The notes below the pieces were generated by a model that had not been told where the DNA came from, made no database searches, and saw only the letters and a list, made by a program, of their open reading frames with translations. From positions 73 to 64,072 of the forward strand of contig DATGVQ010000159.1 of NCBI GenBank assembly GCA_035300145.1: a stretch of DNA of 64,000 bases, read 5' to 3'. This document shows, piece by piece, positions 53,606-64,000 of this stretch (position 1 is its first letter; every line of letters begins with the position of its first letter). Origin of the DNA: Acidiferrobacterales bacterium. Lineage in GTDB: Bacteria > Pseudomonadota > Gammaproteobacteria > Acidiferrobacterales > DATGVQ01. A program made the translations under genes and the position numbers.

Positions 53606-55183
53606 TCATTCAAATTTCGGTCTAATGGACGCGGGATTAACCCGCGCGCTGAAATTCTCCTGCAAGGCGCGGACATTAGGATCGTTAGTGATCGCTTCCA
53701 CCGCGGCTTGTTGCCGCTCATCCAATATACGCTGTCTCTCCTTGCTTGGGCTCTCGCCATTGGCACTGCCGACCCGGATATGTAGCTTGATCTCGCGCCC
53801 GTAATACTCTTCCAGCGCTTGTTTCAACGCCGCGCTGCGCTCTTTGTTGTTTAAATGCGCGACGGCTTGGTCCAGGATCAATCCAACCTCTCCGGCCTGA
53901 TCGGATTCCAACATGGTATTATTGGCCAACTCGCGCGCCAGCCCGGAAAGTTTTAATTGCGCCACGATGGCGCTCCACGTGGATGCTTCCGCCGTTGGTT
54001 TTTCGATTGCCGGCGATGGTGGCGCGCTAACGCGAGACGGTTTTGCAGGCGTCGGCGCCTGCGCCAGTTTATACGCCTGCGGCTCGGTGCCTGCCGGGCG
54101 AAACGCGAGCATGCGCAATAATGTCATCTCCAAGCCGGTACGCACATCAGGCGCTAATAGTAAGTCGCGCCTGCCATTGAGGCCGATTTGATAAAACAAC
54201 TGCACATCTTCAGGCGCCATCACTTTCGCATGGGCAAACAACCGTTCCCGGTCTACGCCGGATTCCGGCGTTTCTGGAATCGCTTGCGGCGCCATTTGCG
54301 CCAAGGAAATGCGATGCAAGCTGAGCAGTAATTCCTTTAATACGCTTTCGCCATCCATACTGTGCTCGGCGACATCGGCCACCGCAGCCAGCAACCCCGG
54401 TGCGTCGCCTTTGGCCAATCCCTGCAATAGGCGCTCGATCACGTCCTGATCGATGCTGCCCAGCATCTCACGCACCTCTGGCTCCGCCACCTTGCCGGCG
54501 CCAAAGGCAATGGCTTGATCCAGCAGGCTCAAGGCGTCGCGCATACTGCCGTCGGCCGCCTGCGCCAGCAGCTTAAGCGAAGGCGAATCAAAATTAACTT
54601 GTTCCGCAGTCAAGATCTTCTCCAACTGACCGGCGATTAAATCCGGCGTCAGCCGTTTGAGATTAAACTGCAAACAGCGCGATAAAATCGTCACCGGCAA
54701 TTTTTGCGGATCGGTGGTGGCGAACAAAAACTTGACGTGCGGCGGGGGCTCTTCAAGCGTCTTCAGCAGGGCATTAAAGCTATGCCCGGACAGCATATGC
54801 ACTTCGTCGATCAAGTACACCTTGTAACGCCCGCGCGTCGGCGCGTACTGCACGTTGTCCAATAATTCCCGGGTATCGTCGACTTTAGTGCGCGAAGCGG
54901 CGTCAACTTCGATCAAGTCAATGAAGCGGCCTTCATCGATTTCGACGCAGGTCTTGCACACCCCGCACGGTTTCGCGCTGACGCCGGTTTCGCAATTCAA
55001 CGACTTGGCGAGGATACGCGCAATCGTGGTCTTGCCCACGCCGCGGGTGCCGGTAAACAAAAAAGCATGATGCAGGCGGTTATGGTCGAGGGCGTTAACC
55101 AAGGGGCGCACGACGTGTCCCTGCCCGACCAGCTCGGCAAAGCCGCGCGGCCGCCATTTACGCGCAAGTACCTGGTAACTCAT
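53606..55183 (-). CDS. dnaX: DNA polymerase III tau subunit
   Basis: 525 aa with Walker A GTRGVGKTT. No canonical A-AAA-AAG slippery site seen. Confidence 0.96.
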   Translation of the reverse strand: MSYQVLARKWRPRGFAELVGQGHVVRPLVNALDHNRLHHAFLFTGTRGVGKTTIARILAKSLNCETGVSAKPCGVCKTCVEIDEGRFIDLIEVDAASRTKVDDTRELLDNVQYAPTRGRYKVYLIDEVHMLSGHSFNALLKTLEEPPPHVKFLFATTDPQKLPVTILSRCLQFNLKRLTPDLIAGQLEKILTAEQVNFDSPSLKLLAQAADGSMRDALSLLDQAIAFGAGKVAEPEVREMLGSIDQDVIERLLQGLAKGDAPGLLAAVADVAEHSMDGESVLKELLLSLHRISLAQMAPQAIPETPESGVDRERLFAHAKVMAPEDVQLFYQIGLNGRRDLLLAPDVRTGLEMTLLRMLAFRPAGTEPQAYKLAQAPTPAKPSRVSAPPSPAIEKPTAEASTWSAIVAQLKLSGLARELANNTMLESDQAGEVGLILDQAVAHLNNKERSAALKQALEEYYGREIKLHIRVGSANGESPSKERQRILDERQQAAVEAITNDPNVRALQENFSARVNPASIRPKFE

Positions 55184-55214
55184 TTAATAGAACTCAACAT
55201 TGTTGTCATAGTGT

Positions 55215-55330
55215 GGGTGGCGGCTCCAATCAGCCACACCCAGCACCCGCCTGGGCTGCTGCGGCTGCTTCCTTCCGGACCTGACCGGGTTCACAACCTG
55301 GCGCCGCTGCGGGGACTGATCTTCACCGCC
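55215..55330 (-). ncRNA. ffs: Signal recognition particle RNA (4.5S RNA)
   Basis: The minus strand reads GGCGGUGAAGAUCAGUCCCCGCAGCGGCGCCAGGUUGUGAACCCGGUCAGGUCCGGAAGGAAGCAGCCGCAGCAGCCCAGGCGGGUGCUGGGUGUGGCUGAUUGGAGCCGCCACCC. It contains the domain-IV motif GGUCAGGUCCGGAAGGAAGCAGCC as in E. coli 4.5S. The ends pair (GGCGG/CCGCC, AUCAGUC/GGCUGAU). It sits 31 nt upstream of dnaX, a common location. Ends are good to +/- a few nt. Confidence 0.9.
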
Positions 55331-55563
55331 ATAAAGGGGGAGTTTAAACCGGCGGGCAATAAAATCAAAATTGATTCTTAACTTATTTAAGAATGGCGGA
55401 GGGGGCAGTTTGTGCGAACCCTTCTCCCCCACACTATTCCCTGTTACCGGGAATAATACAGGGAAAACTATCCACCGGTCATCCCTCCGCCATGTGGTTT
55501 TTCTAAAATCTCCCGTACTGACTTGAAGTTAGGATAGGGCTCACGCGTACCGCAAATCTTAAA

Positions 55564-55584
55564 ACAGGGAATTAACAGCGAATT
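55564..55584 (+). promoter_or_regulatory. 11-bp-phased direct repeat ACAGGGAATT-a-ACAGCGAATT
   Basis: Two 10-mers, 9/10 identical, with 11-bp periodicity in the AT-rich region upstream of mdtA. A related ACAGGGAA occurs at 55458-55465. Function unknown. Confidence 0.3.
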
Positions 55585-55975
55585 TAATCTCTCCTTAGTT
55601 ATACCTTGTCAGACCTATAAAGCTATGGCTGCGGCTATGCGCAAGATCGGTCATTACCAACCAATCGTACTCGCTTCATTGAATGCGTGCGTTTTTAATT
55701 CCTTCTAACTATTGTGCCAAATATATCCATGGCGAATGCGCGATTCACAAAGTTTTACACATTTTTTACATGAAGCAACCCAAAATTACACGGCTATCGG
55801 CGATATTTTCTGTATCCTTAAAGTCTGGCCTATTTTGCCGGGAAACGGATAAACTCGGGGTTGCGCGGAATCGGGAAGCGCAGCCGCGCTTCTCAAAACG
55901 AGCGAGCAACTTAGGAATAAGTCGCCTGCGTGAACAAAAAAGCGGGCTTTAATTGCACTTTGCCGAACGATAACC

Positions 55976-57265
55976 ATGATACCTACTCAAGAAACGGAAA
56001 AGAATCGCGCTTCACCAGCCGCGCAAAGACAAAAGCGCTTGCTTGCGCTGTTACGTCGACACCGTATCTGGTTGGCGGTGTTATTCATTTTATCTATTGT
56101 CCTGATCGTCGTTCTCGTGCGTTCGAGCGATGGTCAGCAGTACGCCGGTCCTCGAGACGGCGGGGATCGCAACGCTGCGCGCACCATACCCGTGGCGGCC
56201 GTGCCGGTGAGGACCGGCGACATCAATGTCTATCTCAACGCGCTCGGAACAGTAGTGCCGCTCAACATGGTTACGGTGAGAAGCCGTGTGGACGGCCAAC
56301 TGGTGCGGCTTCTGTTTCAAGAAGGCCAGATGGTTCAAGCGGGACAGCTACTTGCACAGATCGACCCACGCCCGTACCAGGTAATGCTAGTCCAGGCTGA
56401 AGGCCAGATGGCGCGCGATCAAGCGTTGCTTGCGAACGCGCGCCTCGATCTTGAGCGCTATATCACGCTGTTCGCCCAGGATTCTATTGCGAAACAACAG
56501 GTGGACACGCAGCAGGCCCTGGTGCAGCAGTATGAAGGCGCGGTCAAAGTTGACCAAGGACAAATCGACAACGCGCGGCTGCAGCTTGACTACGCGCGCA
56601 TCACCGCGCCCATCGGCGGGCGCGTCGGCCTGCGCCAGGTGGACCCGGGTAACATCATTCATGCGAGCGATCAGAACGGCTTACTGGTGATTACGCAGCT
56701 CCAGCCCATCACGGTCCTGTTCACCATTCCGGAAGACAGCCTCCCGGGCGTGATGAAGCAGCTACGGGCGGGGGCGAAGCTGCTGGTCGATGCCTATGAC
56801 CGCGCGCAAAAGACGAAACTCGCCACCGGCGCGCTGGTGGCCGCGGACAACCAGATCGATTCCAGTACCGGCACGATCCGGCTTAAAGCGCAGTTCCGCA
56901 ATGACGACGGGGGTTTGTTTCCCAACCAGTTCGTGAATGTCCGCCTCCTCCTCGACGTGAAGCGAGGCGCGACACTCATACCGTCGGCCGCCATTCAGCG
57001 CGGCGCTCAAGGCATCTTCGTCTATGTCGTTAAGGCGGACAACACGGTAACGCTGCGGCCGGTCGGCATCGGCGCCAGCGAAGGCGAAAATGCGGCCATT
57101 GACTCCGGATTGACACCGGGCGAGTTGGTGGTGGTGGATGGCTTAGACAAATTGCGTGACGGCACCAAGGTCGAGCTGCCAACTAAGGGGGCCGACGCGC
57201 CGCCACAAAATAGCGACGTGCCCGCCAGGAAAGGCCCGGTGCGTCGTCCTATGGGCGGCACATGA
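55976..57265 (+). CDS. mdtA: RND efflux membrane-fusion (periplasmic adaptor) protein, MdtA/MuxA type
   Basis: 429 aa with an N-terminal TM anchor and a lipoyl/coiled-coil/beta-barrel pattern (QIDPRPYQV...[12 protein letters not shown]). 4-nt overlap with mdtB. Confidence 0.92.
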   Translation: MIPTQETEKNRASPAAQRQKRLLALLRRHRIWLAVLFILSIVLIVVLVRSSDGQQYAGPRDGGDRNAARTIPVAAVPVRTGDINVYLNALGTVVPLNMVTVRSRVDGQLVRLLFQEGQMVQAGQLLAQIDPRPYQVMLVQAEGQMARDQALLANARLDLERYITLFAQDSIAKQQVDTQQALVQQYEGAVKVDQGQIDNARLQLDYARITAPIGGRVGLRQVDPGNIIHASDQNGLLVITQLQPITVLFTIPEDSLPGVMKQLRAGAKLLVDAYDRAQKTKLATGALVAADNQIDSSTGTIRLKAQFRNDDGGLFPNQFVNVRLLLDVKRGATLIPSAAIQRGAQGIFVYVVKADNTVTLRPVGIGASEGENAAIDSGLTPGELVVVDGLDKLRDGTKVELPTKGADAPPQNSDVPARKGPVRRPMGGT

Positions 57266-60200
57266 GCCCTTCGCGACCATTTATCCTGCGTCCGGTGGCG
57301 ACCTCGCTGCTGATGGCCGCGATCCTGCTGGCGGGCATCGCCGCCTACCACATGCTGCCGCTCTCCGCCCTGCCCGAGGTCGACTACCCGACCATTCAGA
57401 TCGTGACGCTTTACCCGGGGGCGAGCCCCGATGTGATCACCTCGTCGATCACCGCGCCGCTCGAGCGCCAGTTCGGACAGATGCCGGGGCTCAACCAGAT
57501 GTCCTCCACGAGCTCGGGCGGGGCCTCGGTGATCACGCTGCAGTTCACGCTCGAGCTCACCCTGGACATTGCCGAGCAGGAAGTCCAGGCAGCGATCAAT
57601 GCGGCGGGGAACCTGCTGCCGCAGGACCTGCCGATGCCGCCGATCTATAGTAAGGTGAATCCTGCCGACGCGCCGATACTGACCCTCGCGATCACCTCCA
57701 CGACGCTGCCGACGCCCAAGGTGCAGAACCTCGTCGACACGCGGCTCGCCCAGAAGATCTCGCAGCTGCCAGGCGTGGGGCTGGTCAGCATCGGCGGCGG
57801 CCAGCGGCCGGCGGTGCGCATCCAGGCCAACCCTACGGCGCTGGCGGCTTACGGTTTGAGCCTTGATGACCTGCGCACCGCGATCGGCAACGCCAACGTG
57901 AATCAGGCCAAGGGGAGCTTCGACGGGCCGACCCGCGCCTCCACCATCGACGCCAACGACCAGCTCAAGTCGGCTGACGAATACACGCAGCTCATTGTCG
58001 CGTACAAGAACGGCCGGCCGATCCGTCTGTCCGACGTCGCCGACGCCAGGGACGGCGTTGAGAACACGCGGCTTGCCGCATGGGCCAACCAGTCCGCGGC
58101 GGTGATTCTCAACATCCAGCGCCAGCCGGGCGCGAACGTGATCGAGGTGGTGGACCGCGTGAAGCAGCTGCTGCCGCAGCTCCAGGCCACGCTGCCGGGC
58201 TCGGTCGACGTGAGCCTACTCACCGACCGCACGACGACGATCCGCGCCTCGGTCAAGGATGTGCAGTTCGAGCTCATGCTGGCCGTGGTGCTGGTGGTGA
58301 TGGTGATCTTCCTGTTTCTGCGCAGCGCGTCGGGGACCGTTATCCCGAGCATCGCCGTGCCGGTGTCGCTGGTGGGGACCTTCGGCGTGATGTACCTGGC
58401 CGGGTTCAGCATCAACAACCTGACGCTCATGGCGCTGACCATCGCCACCGGCTTCGTAGTGGACGATGCGATTGTCATGATCGAAAACATCACCCGCTAC
58501 ATCGAGGAGGGCGATCCGCCGCTCGCGGCCGCGCTGAAGGGCGCGGAGCAGATCGGCTTCACCATCATCTCGCTCACTTTCTCGCTGATCGCGGTGCTCA
58601 TTCCGCTGCTGTTCATGGGCGACGTGGTGGGGCGGCTGTTCCGCGAGTTCACGATCACGCTCGCGGTGGCGATCCTGATCTCGGCGGTGGTCTCGCTCAC
58701 GCTCACGCCGATGATGTGCGCGAGGCTGCTGCGCCATACCCCCGAGGCCGAGCAGGGCCGGTTTTATCGGGCGAGCGGGCGGTTCTTCGACGCGGTGATC
58801 GCGCGCTACGGCGTGATGCTCGACTGGGTGCTGGAGCGCCAGCGCGCCACGCTGCTCGTCGCGATCGGCACGCTGGCGCTGACGGCGCTGCTCTACATCT
58901 TCATTCCCAAGGGCTTCTTCCCGGTACAGGACACGGGGGTCATCCAGGGCATCTCCGAGGCGGCGCAGTCGATCTCGTTCTCCGCGATGGCCGAGCGCCA
59001 GCAGGCTCTGGCGCGCGCCGTGCTGCAGGACCCGGCGGTCGCGAGCCTGTCGTCTTTCATCGGGGTGGACGGCATCAATGCGACGCTGAACAGCGGGCGC
59101 ATGCTCATCAACCTGAAGCCGCTGAAGGAGCGGCGCGTGAGCGCCATCGAGCTGATCCGCCGCCTACAGCCGAGGCTAGCGCAGGTGGAGGGAATCTCCC
59201 TCTATATGCAGCCGGTGCAGGACCTCACCATCGAGGACCGCGTGAGCCGCACGCAGTACCAGTTCACGGTCGAGGACGCGGATCCGGACGAGCTGAGTGT
59301 CTGGGTGCCGAGGCTCGTCGAACGGCTGCGCCGGCTGCCGCAGCTCGCGGATGTGGCGAGCGACCAGCAGGACCAGGGCCTCCAGGCGTACATCGAGATC
59401 GACCGCGGCACCGCGAGCCGGCTCGGCATCACGCCAGCGGCGATCGACAACGCGCTCTATAACGCCTTCGGCCAGCGGCTGGTCTCGACCATCTTCACGC
59501 AGACCAGCCAGTACCGCGTGGTGCTGGAGGCGCAGCCCGATTTTCAGAAGGGCCTGGCAGCGCTTGATGATATCTTTGTCTCGACCGCTCCGATCGCGCA
59601 AACTTCCGCGAGCGGTCAGCCGGTCAGCGGCCAGCAGACAACCGCAAGCAGTCAACAAACGCCGCCGCAGCAGGTGCGCCTGAGCGCGGTGGCGACCGTG
59701 GTCGAAAAGACCGCGCCGCTGGTGATCAACCATCTCGGCCAGTTCCCGGCCGCGACCATCTCGTTCAACCTCGCGCGCGGCGCGGCGCTCGGCGACGCGG
59801 TGAAGGCGATCCGCGCCGCCGAGCAGGAGATCGGCGTACCGATCAGCGCGCAAACACGCTTTCAGGGCGCAGCGCTCGCCTTCCAGGCCTCGCTCGACAA
59901 CACGCTGCTCCTGATCCTGGCCGCGATCGTCACGATGTATATCGTGCTCGGCGTGCTGTACGAAAGCTACATCCACCCGATCACGATTCTCTCCACGCTG
60001 CCCTCGGCCGGCGTCGGCGCCCTGCTCGCGCTCATGCTCTCGCGCAGCGACCTCGGCATCATCGCGATCATCGGCATCATCCTCCTGATCGGCATCGTCA
60101 AGAAGAACGCGATCCTGATGATCGACTTCGCGCTCGACGCGGAGCGCAAGGAAGGCAAGAGCCCGCGCGAGGCAATCCGCCAGGCGTGCCTGCTGCGCTT

Positions 60201-60453
60201 CCGGCCGATTCTGATGACCACCATGGCGGCGCTGCTCTCCGCGCTGCCGCTCATGCTCGGCGCCGGCGTGGGCTCCGAGCTGCGCCATCCGCTCGGCATC
60301 ACCATGGTGGGCGGGCTGCTGCTCTCGCAGGTGCTGACGCTCTTCACCACGCCGGTCATCTATCTCGCGTTTGACCGGCTCGCCAGACGTGCGGAACATC
60401 GCCTCCGGGCGAGGCCTGCGATCGATCAGCAAAGCGACAGCGCCCGTTCATGA
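57262..60453 (+). CDS. mdtB: RND multidrug efflux permease, MdtB/MuxB type
   Basis: 1063 aa, 12-TM RND pattern ([12 protein letters not shown]..., [14 protein letters not shown]). Confidence 0.95.
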   Translation: MSPSRPFILRPVATSLLMAAILLAGIAAYHMLPLSALPEVDYPTIQIVTLYPGASPDVITSSITAPLERQFGQMPGLNQMSSTSSGGASVITLQFTLELTLDIAEQEVQAAINAAGNLLPQDLPMPPIYSKVNPADAPILTLAITSTTLPTPKVQNLVDTRLAQKISQLPGVGLVSIGGGQRPAVRIQANPTALAAYGLSLDDLRTAIGNANVNQAKGSFDGPTRASTIDANDQLKSADEYTQLIVAYKNGRPIRLSDVADARDGVENTRLAAWANQSAAVILNIQRQPGANVIEVVDRVKQLLPQLQATLPGSVDVSLLTDRTTTIRASVKDVQFELMLAVVLVVMVIFLFLRSASGTVIPSIAVPVSLVGTFGVMYLAGFSINNLTLMALTIATGFVVDDAIVMIENITRYIEEGDPPLAAALKGAEQIGFTIISLTFSLIAVLIPLLFMGDVVGRLFREFTITLAVAILISAVVSLTLTPMMCARLLRHTPEAEQGRFYRASGRFFDAVIARYGVMLDWVLERQRATLLVAIGTLALTALLYIFIPKGFFPVQDTGVIQGISEAAQSISFSAMAERQQALARAVLQDPAVASLSSFIGVDGINATLNSGRMLINLKPLKERRVSAIELIRRLQPRLAQVEGISLYMQPVQDLTIEDRVSRTQYQFTVEDADPDELSVWVPRLVERLRRLPQLADVASDQQDQGLQAYIEIDRGTASRLGITPAAIDNALYNAFGQRLVSTIFTQTSQYRVVLEAQPDFQKGLAALDDIFVSTAPIAQTSASGQPVSGQQTTASSQQTPPQQVRLSAVATVVEKTAPLVINHLGQFPAATISFNLARGAALGDAVKAIRAAEQEIGVPISAQTRFQGAALAFQASLDNTLLLILAAIVTMYIVLGVLYESYIHPITILSTLPSAGVGALLALMLSRSDLGIIAIIGIILLIGIVKKNAILMIDFALDAERKEGKSPREAIRQACLLRFRPILMTTMAALLSALPLMLGAGVGSELRHPLGITMVGGLLLSQVLTLFTTPVIYLAFDRLARRAEHRLRARPAIDQQSDSARS

Positions 60454-63400
60454 ATATCTCCGCTGCCTTCATCGAACGGCCGGTCGCGACCACCCTGCTC
60501 ACGCTGGGCTTGGCGCTCGCCGGCGCAGTCGCGTTCACGCTGCTGCCGGTATCGCCGCTGCCGCAAGTGGACTTTCCGACCATCTCGGTGCAGGCGCAGT
60601 TGCCCGGGGCGAGCCCTGAGACCATGGCGGCAACGGTGGCCACGCCGCTCGAGCGCTCGCTCGGCCGCATCGCGGGCATCACCGAGATGACCTCGTCGAG
60701 CTCACTCGGCTCGACGCACATCATTCTGCAGTTCGATCTCGACCGCGACATCGACGGCGCCGCCCGCGACATCCAGGCGGCGATCAACGCCGCGCGCAGC
60801 CTCCTGCCCACGGGGCTGCCGAGCAACCCGACCTACCGCAAGGTGAACCCGGCCGACGCGCCGATCATGATCCTGGCGCTCACCTCGGACTCGATGACGC
60901 AGGGCCAGATATACGACGCCGCTTCGACCATCCTCGCCCAGAAATTCTCGCAGGTGAAGGGCGTCGGCCAGGTGAGCGTGGGCGGCAGCGCGCTGCCCGC
61001 GGTGCGGGTCGAGCTAAACCCCAACGCGCTCAGCAAGTACGGCATCGGCCTCGAGGACGTGCGCAACGCGATCGTCGCGACCAACGCGAACCGGCCGAAG
61101 GGCGTGGTGGAGAACGGGAAACGGCAATGGCAGATCTACGCCAACGACCAGGCGAAGAAGGCCGCCGAGTATCTACCGCTGGTGGTGGCGTTCCGGCGCG
61201 GCGCCCCGGTGCGTCTGGCGGACGTCGCCGAGGAGGTCGTCGATTCGGTGCAGGACCTGCGCAACGCCGGCTCGGCCAACGGCAAGCCGTCGGTGCTGAT
61301 CGTCCTCAACCGGCAGCCGAACGCCAACATCATCGAGACCGTCGACCGCATCAAGGAACTGCTGCCGCTGATGCGCGCCTCCATCCCGAGCGCGGTCAAC
61401 CTCGAGGTCGCCCTGGACCGCACGCCGACCATCCGCGCCTCGCTGCGCGAGGTCGAGCGCACGCTCCTGATCTCGACGGGGCTGGTGATCATGGTGGTGT
61501 TCCTGTTCCTGCGCAGGGGGCGCGCAACGCTGATCCCGAGCGTGGCGGTGCCGGTCTCGCTGATCGGCACGTTCGGCGTGATGTATCTGTGCGGCTACAG
61601 CCTGAACAACCTGTCGCTTATGGCGCTCACCATCGCCACCGGCTTCGTGGTGGACGACGCCATCGTGGTGCTGGAAAACATCTCGCGCTACATCGAAAAT
61701 GGTATGGCGCCGATGAAGGCGGCGCTGCTGGGCGCGCGCGAGGTGGGCTTCACCGTGCTGTCGATGAGCCTGTCGCTCATCGCCGTGTTCATCCCCCTCC
61801 TTCTCATGGGCGGCATCGTCGGGCGGGTGTTGCGCGAATTCGCCGTGACCCTGTCGGTCGCGATTATGGTGTCGCTGCTGGTGTCGGTCACTACCACGCC
61901 GATGATGTGCGCGCTGCTCCTGCGTGCGCAGACCGGCGGCGCGCGCGGCCGCTTCGACCGGGCCGGCGAGCGGGTATTCGCCGCCATACTGCGCCGGTAC
62001 GAGAGGTCCCTGACCTGGGCGCTGCGGCACGGTCGCTTCATGATGGTGCTGCTGCTCGGCACGGTATGCCTGAACGTCTATTTGTACGCCATCGTCCCGA
62101 AGGGCTTCCTTCCGCAGCAAGACACAGGGCGCGTAATCGGCTCCATCCAGGCCGACCAGGATATTTCCTTCCAGGCGATGCGGCAGAAACTCGCCGACTT
62201 CATCGAAATCGTGCGCCAGGATCCGGCCGTGGAGAACGTGATCGGATTCACCGGCGGGGGCTTCGGTGGCGGCCGCAATACCGGCATTATGTTCATGACC
62301 CTCAAGCCGCTCAAGGAACGGAAGATTTCGGCCGACATGGTGATCGCGCGCTTACGCGTCAAGCTGGCACGCGAGCCGGGCGCCAACCTGTTCCTGGTGC
62401 CGGTGCAGGACTTCCGCATGGGCGGGCGCGCGAGCAACGCGCAATACCAGTTTACGCTGCAGGCGGACAATCTCGCCGACTTGCGCACCTGGGAGCCGCG
62501 CATCAGGCGGGCGCTCTCGCAGCTGCCCACACTGGTAGACGTGAACACCGACCAGCAGGACAAGGGCCTGCAGACTACGCTGGTCATCGACCGGGACACG
62601 GCCTCCCGCCTCGGAGTGACGGCAAAGACGATAGACGCGACGCTCAACGACGCCTTCGGCCAGCGCCAGGTCTCGACGATCTACAACCCGCTCAACCAGT
62701 ACCGGGTGGTTATGGAGGTGGCCCCGCGGTACTGGCAGAGCCCCGAGGCGCTGAAGAGCGTGTACGTGATCACGCCGGACAACTCGCAGGTACCGCTTTC
62801 GGCCTTCAGTCATTTCGAGCTGACTAACACGCCGCTCGGTGTCAACCACCAGGGACAGTTCGCGGCCGCGACCATCTCGTTTAATCTGCCGCCCGGCGTT
62901 TCGCTGTCCGACGCCACGCGGGTGGTAAGGGATACGCTCGACCGCATCGGTGTCCCGACCTCGATCCACGGCACGTTCCAGGGCACCGCGCGGGCGTTCC
63001 AGGCGACGCTCCAGAGCCAGCCGTGGCTGATCCTTACGGCGCTGCTCGCCATCTACATCGTGCTCGGCGTCCTGTACGAGAGCTACGTGCATCCGATCAC
63101 GATCCTGTCCACCCTGCCGTCGGCCGGCGTGGGCGCGCTGCTTGCGCTGCTCGCGTGCCGGACCGAGTTCAGCATCATCGCCTTCATCGGCGTAATCCTG
63201 CTGATCGGCATCGTCAAGAAGAACGCCATCATGATGATCGACTTCGCGCTGGACGTGGAGCGCAAGCAGGGGATGCGCCCGGAGCAGGCGATCTTCCAGG
63301 CCTGCCTGCTGCGCTTCCGCCCGATCATGATGACCACCATGGCCGCGCTGCTCGGCGCAGTGCCGCTCGCGATCGGCTTCGGCGACGGCGCCGAACTGCG

Positions 63401-63560
63401 CCGGCCGCTCGGCATTTCAATCGTCGGCGGCCTGATCGTGAGCCAGTTGCTGACGCTCTATACCACACCGGTGGTCTACCTCTATCTCGACCGGTTCCGG
63501 CTATGGTGCCAACGCATCAGGCCGGGGCGGCGCCGCGATACCGCTTTGGAGACACGATGA
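60450..63560 (+). CDS. mdtC: RND multidrug efflux permease, MdtC/MuxC type
   Basis: 1036 aa, paralogous to the preceding gene ([12 protein letters not shown]..., [14 protein letters not shown]). A tandem RND pair is diagnostic of MdtBC/MuxBC systems. Confidence 0.95.
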   Translation: MNISAAFIERPVATTLLTLGLALAGAVAFTLLPVSPLPQVDFPTISVQAQLPGASPETMAATVATPLERSLGRIAGITEMTSSSSLGSTHIILQFDLDRDIDGAARDIQAAINAARSLLPTGLPSNPTYRKVNPADAPIMILALTSDSMTQGQIYDAASTILAQKFSQVKGVGQVSVGGSALPAVRVELNPNALSKYGIGLEDVRNAIVATNANRPKGVVENGKRQWQIYANDQAKKAAEYLPLVVAFRRGAPVRLADVAEEVVDSVQDLRNAGSANGKPSVLIVLNRQPNANIIETVDRIKELLPLMRASIPSAVNLEVALDRTPTIRASLREVERTLLISTGLVIMVVFLFLRRGRATLIPSVAVPVSLIGTFGVMYLCGYSLNNLSLMALTIATGFVVDDAIVVLENISRYIENGMAPMKAALLGAREVGFTVLSMSLSLIAVFIPLLLMGGIVGRVLREFAVTLSVAIMVSLLVSVTTTPMMCALLLRAQTGGARGRFDRAGERVFAAILRRYERSLTWALRHGRFMMVLLLGTVCLNVYLYAIVPKGFLPQQDTGRVIGSIQADQDISFQAMRQKLADFIEIVRQDPAVENVIGFTGGGFGGGRNTGIMFMTLKPLKERKISADMVIARLRVKLAREPGANLFLVPVQDFRMGGRASNAQYQFTLQADNLADLRTWEPRIRRALSQLPTLVDVNTDQQDKGLQTTLVIDRDTASRLGVTAKTIDATLNDAFGQRQVSTIYNPLNQYRVVMEVAPRYWQSPEALKSVYVITPDNSQVPLSAFSHFELTNTPLGVNHQGQFAAATISFNLPPGVSLSDATRVVRDTLDRIGVPTSIHGTFQGTARAFQATLQSQPWLILTALLAIYIVLGVLYESYVHPITILSTLPSAGVGALLALLACRTEFSIIAFIGVILLIGIVKKNAIMMIDFALDVERKQGMRPEQAIFQACLLRFRPIMMTTMAALLGAVPLAIGFGDGAELRRPLGISIVGGLIVSQLLTLYTTPVVYLYLDRFRLWCQRIRPGRRRDTALETR

Positions 63561-64000
63561 TGCGCGCTGCTATAAAAGACGCTGCGCTCGCGGCGGCGTG
63601 GGCGGCACTAAGCGCTTGCGCGGTCGGCCCCGATTACGTGCGCCCGAGCGTCGATGCGCCGGCCGCCTACAAGGAGGCCGCCAACTGGAAGATCGCGACA
63701 CCGCAGGACAACGTGAGTCGCGGCAAATGGTGGGAAATCTTCGGCGATCCGCAGCTAAACGCGCTCGCGGAAAGTATCGACATCTCCAATCAGAACGTGC
63801 GCGTCGCCGAAGCTCAGTTTCGCCAAGCGCAAGCGCTCGTGCAGGCCGCGCGCGCAGGGCTGTTCCCGAGCGTCTCGGGCAGCGCGTCCGTGACCCGCAG
63901 CCAGTCGCCGAGCGGCTTCGGCAACTCCGCGACTCGAAATCAGTCTTTAAGCGCCGGGAGCGCGGTCACGAGCCACGATCTCTCCATCGATGCGACCTGG
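63557..64000 (+). CDS. Outer-membrane efflux lipoprotein (NodT/OprM family), N-terminal 148 codons; cut by window edge
   Basis: Not in the ORF track. My translation from the ATG at 63557 (ATGA overlap with the mdtC stop) is [108 protein letters not shown]... Lipobox LSAC followed by the family-typical GPDYxRP. Confidence 0.88.
   Translation, partial: MMRAAIKDAALAAAWAALSACAVGPDYVRPSVDAPAAYKEAANWKIATPQDNVSRGKWWEIFGDPQLNALAESIDISNQNVRVAEAQFRQAQALVQAARAGLFPSVSGSASVTRSQSPSGFGNSATRNQSLSAGSAVTSHDLSIDATW

Noticed and set aside
53606-55183. Looked for the programmed -1 frameshift site (A-AAA-AAG plus downstream hairpin) that produces the gamma subunit from dnaX in E. coli.
   Set aside because: No such heptamer occurs on the coding strand. 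The only A5 run (GAA-AAA-CCA, around 53999-54007) is not a slippery X-XXY-YYZ site.
55498-55515. TTTTTCTAAAATCTCCCG, which resembles the start of the E. coli BaeR box (TTTTTCTCCATDATTGGC) upstream of mdtA.
   Set aside because: Only the T5CT prefix matches, and it lies about 460 bp upstream of the mdtA ATG.
55683-55952. 89-aa ORF (and 55930-56400) upstream of or overlapping the mdtA start.
   Set aside because: It lies in an AT-rich region, with no SD and no recognisable fold or motif. The second ORF is out of frame with mdtA.
58080-62827. Many long ORFs in the track overlapping mdtB/mdtC in other frames or on the opposite strand (for example 58080-59462 +, 59176-60432 -, 61127-62827 +, 61173-62120 -, 62352-63092 -).
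   Set aside because: Their translations are Arg/Gly/Pro/His/Asp-rich low-complexity strings with no domain pattern. They lie entirely inside two clearly recognisable RND pump genes and are the expected by-product of very high GC, where stop codons are rare.

Overview
This is a chromosomal window from a Gammaproteobacteria-type genome. All calls come from reading the supplied translations and the DNA by eye; no searches were run. About 80 percent is a colinear housekeeping backbone, mostly on the minus strand. It runs sdhE-ygfX / ygfZ, then ftsB-eno-kdsA-pyrG-tilS-accA-dnaE, then rnhB-lpxB-lpxA-fabZ-lpxD-bamA-rseP-dxr-cdsA-uppS-frr-pyrH-tsf-rpsB with divergent map-glnD. It continues with a livJHMGF-type ABC importer, amiB-tsaE-nnr-orn, and recR-ybaB-dnaX with the SRP (4.5S) RNA gene just upstream. 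Three variable segments interrupt the backbone. (i) A 4.9-kb compositionally mosaic islet lies between dnaE and rnhB. It holds HigBA, a translationally coupled FemAB/CelD-like acyltransferase plus JmjC/cupin dioxygenase pair, a decayed RHH antitoxin gene, a RelE/XRE module and about 0.5 kb of nested repeats. (ii) The 47.1-52.6 kb segment holds M48 peptidase-cytochrome c-PCD, a 514-bp TIR-bounded MITE-like element, a lipoprotein gene bracketed by direct copies of a mosaic repeat, an unrecognisable Ala/Gly/Cys-rich membrane protein, an MFS gene and Amt. (iii) A visibly GC-richer MdtABC/MuxABC plus outer-membrane-factor RND efflux operon runs from 55.98 kb to the window end. Two edge-truncated genes are missing from the ORF track (1-698 minus, 63557-64000 plus). 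I saw no tRNA, rRNA, CRISPR array, integrase or transposase gene. I found no unambiguous new system. The best candidates for follow-up are the acyltransferase+dioxygenase cassette flanked by addiction modules, and the interlocking non-coding repeat/MITE families that recur at three loci. Both need database and structure searches that I cannot run.
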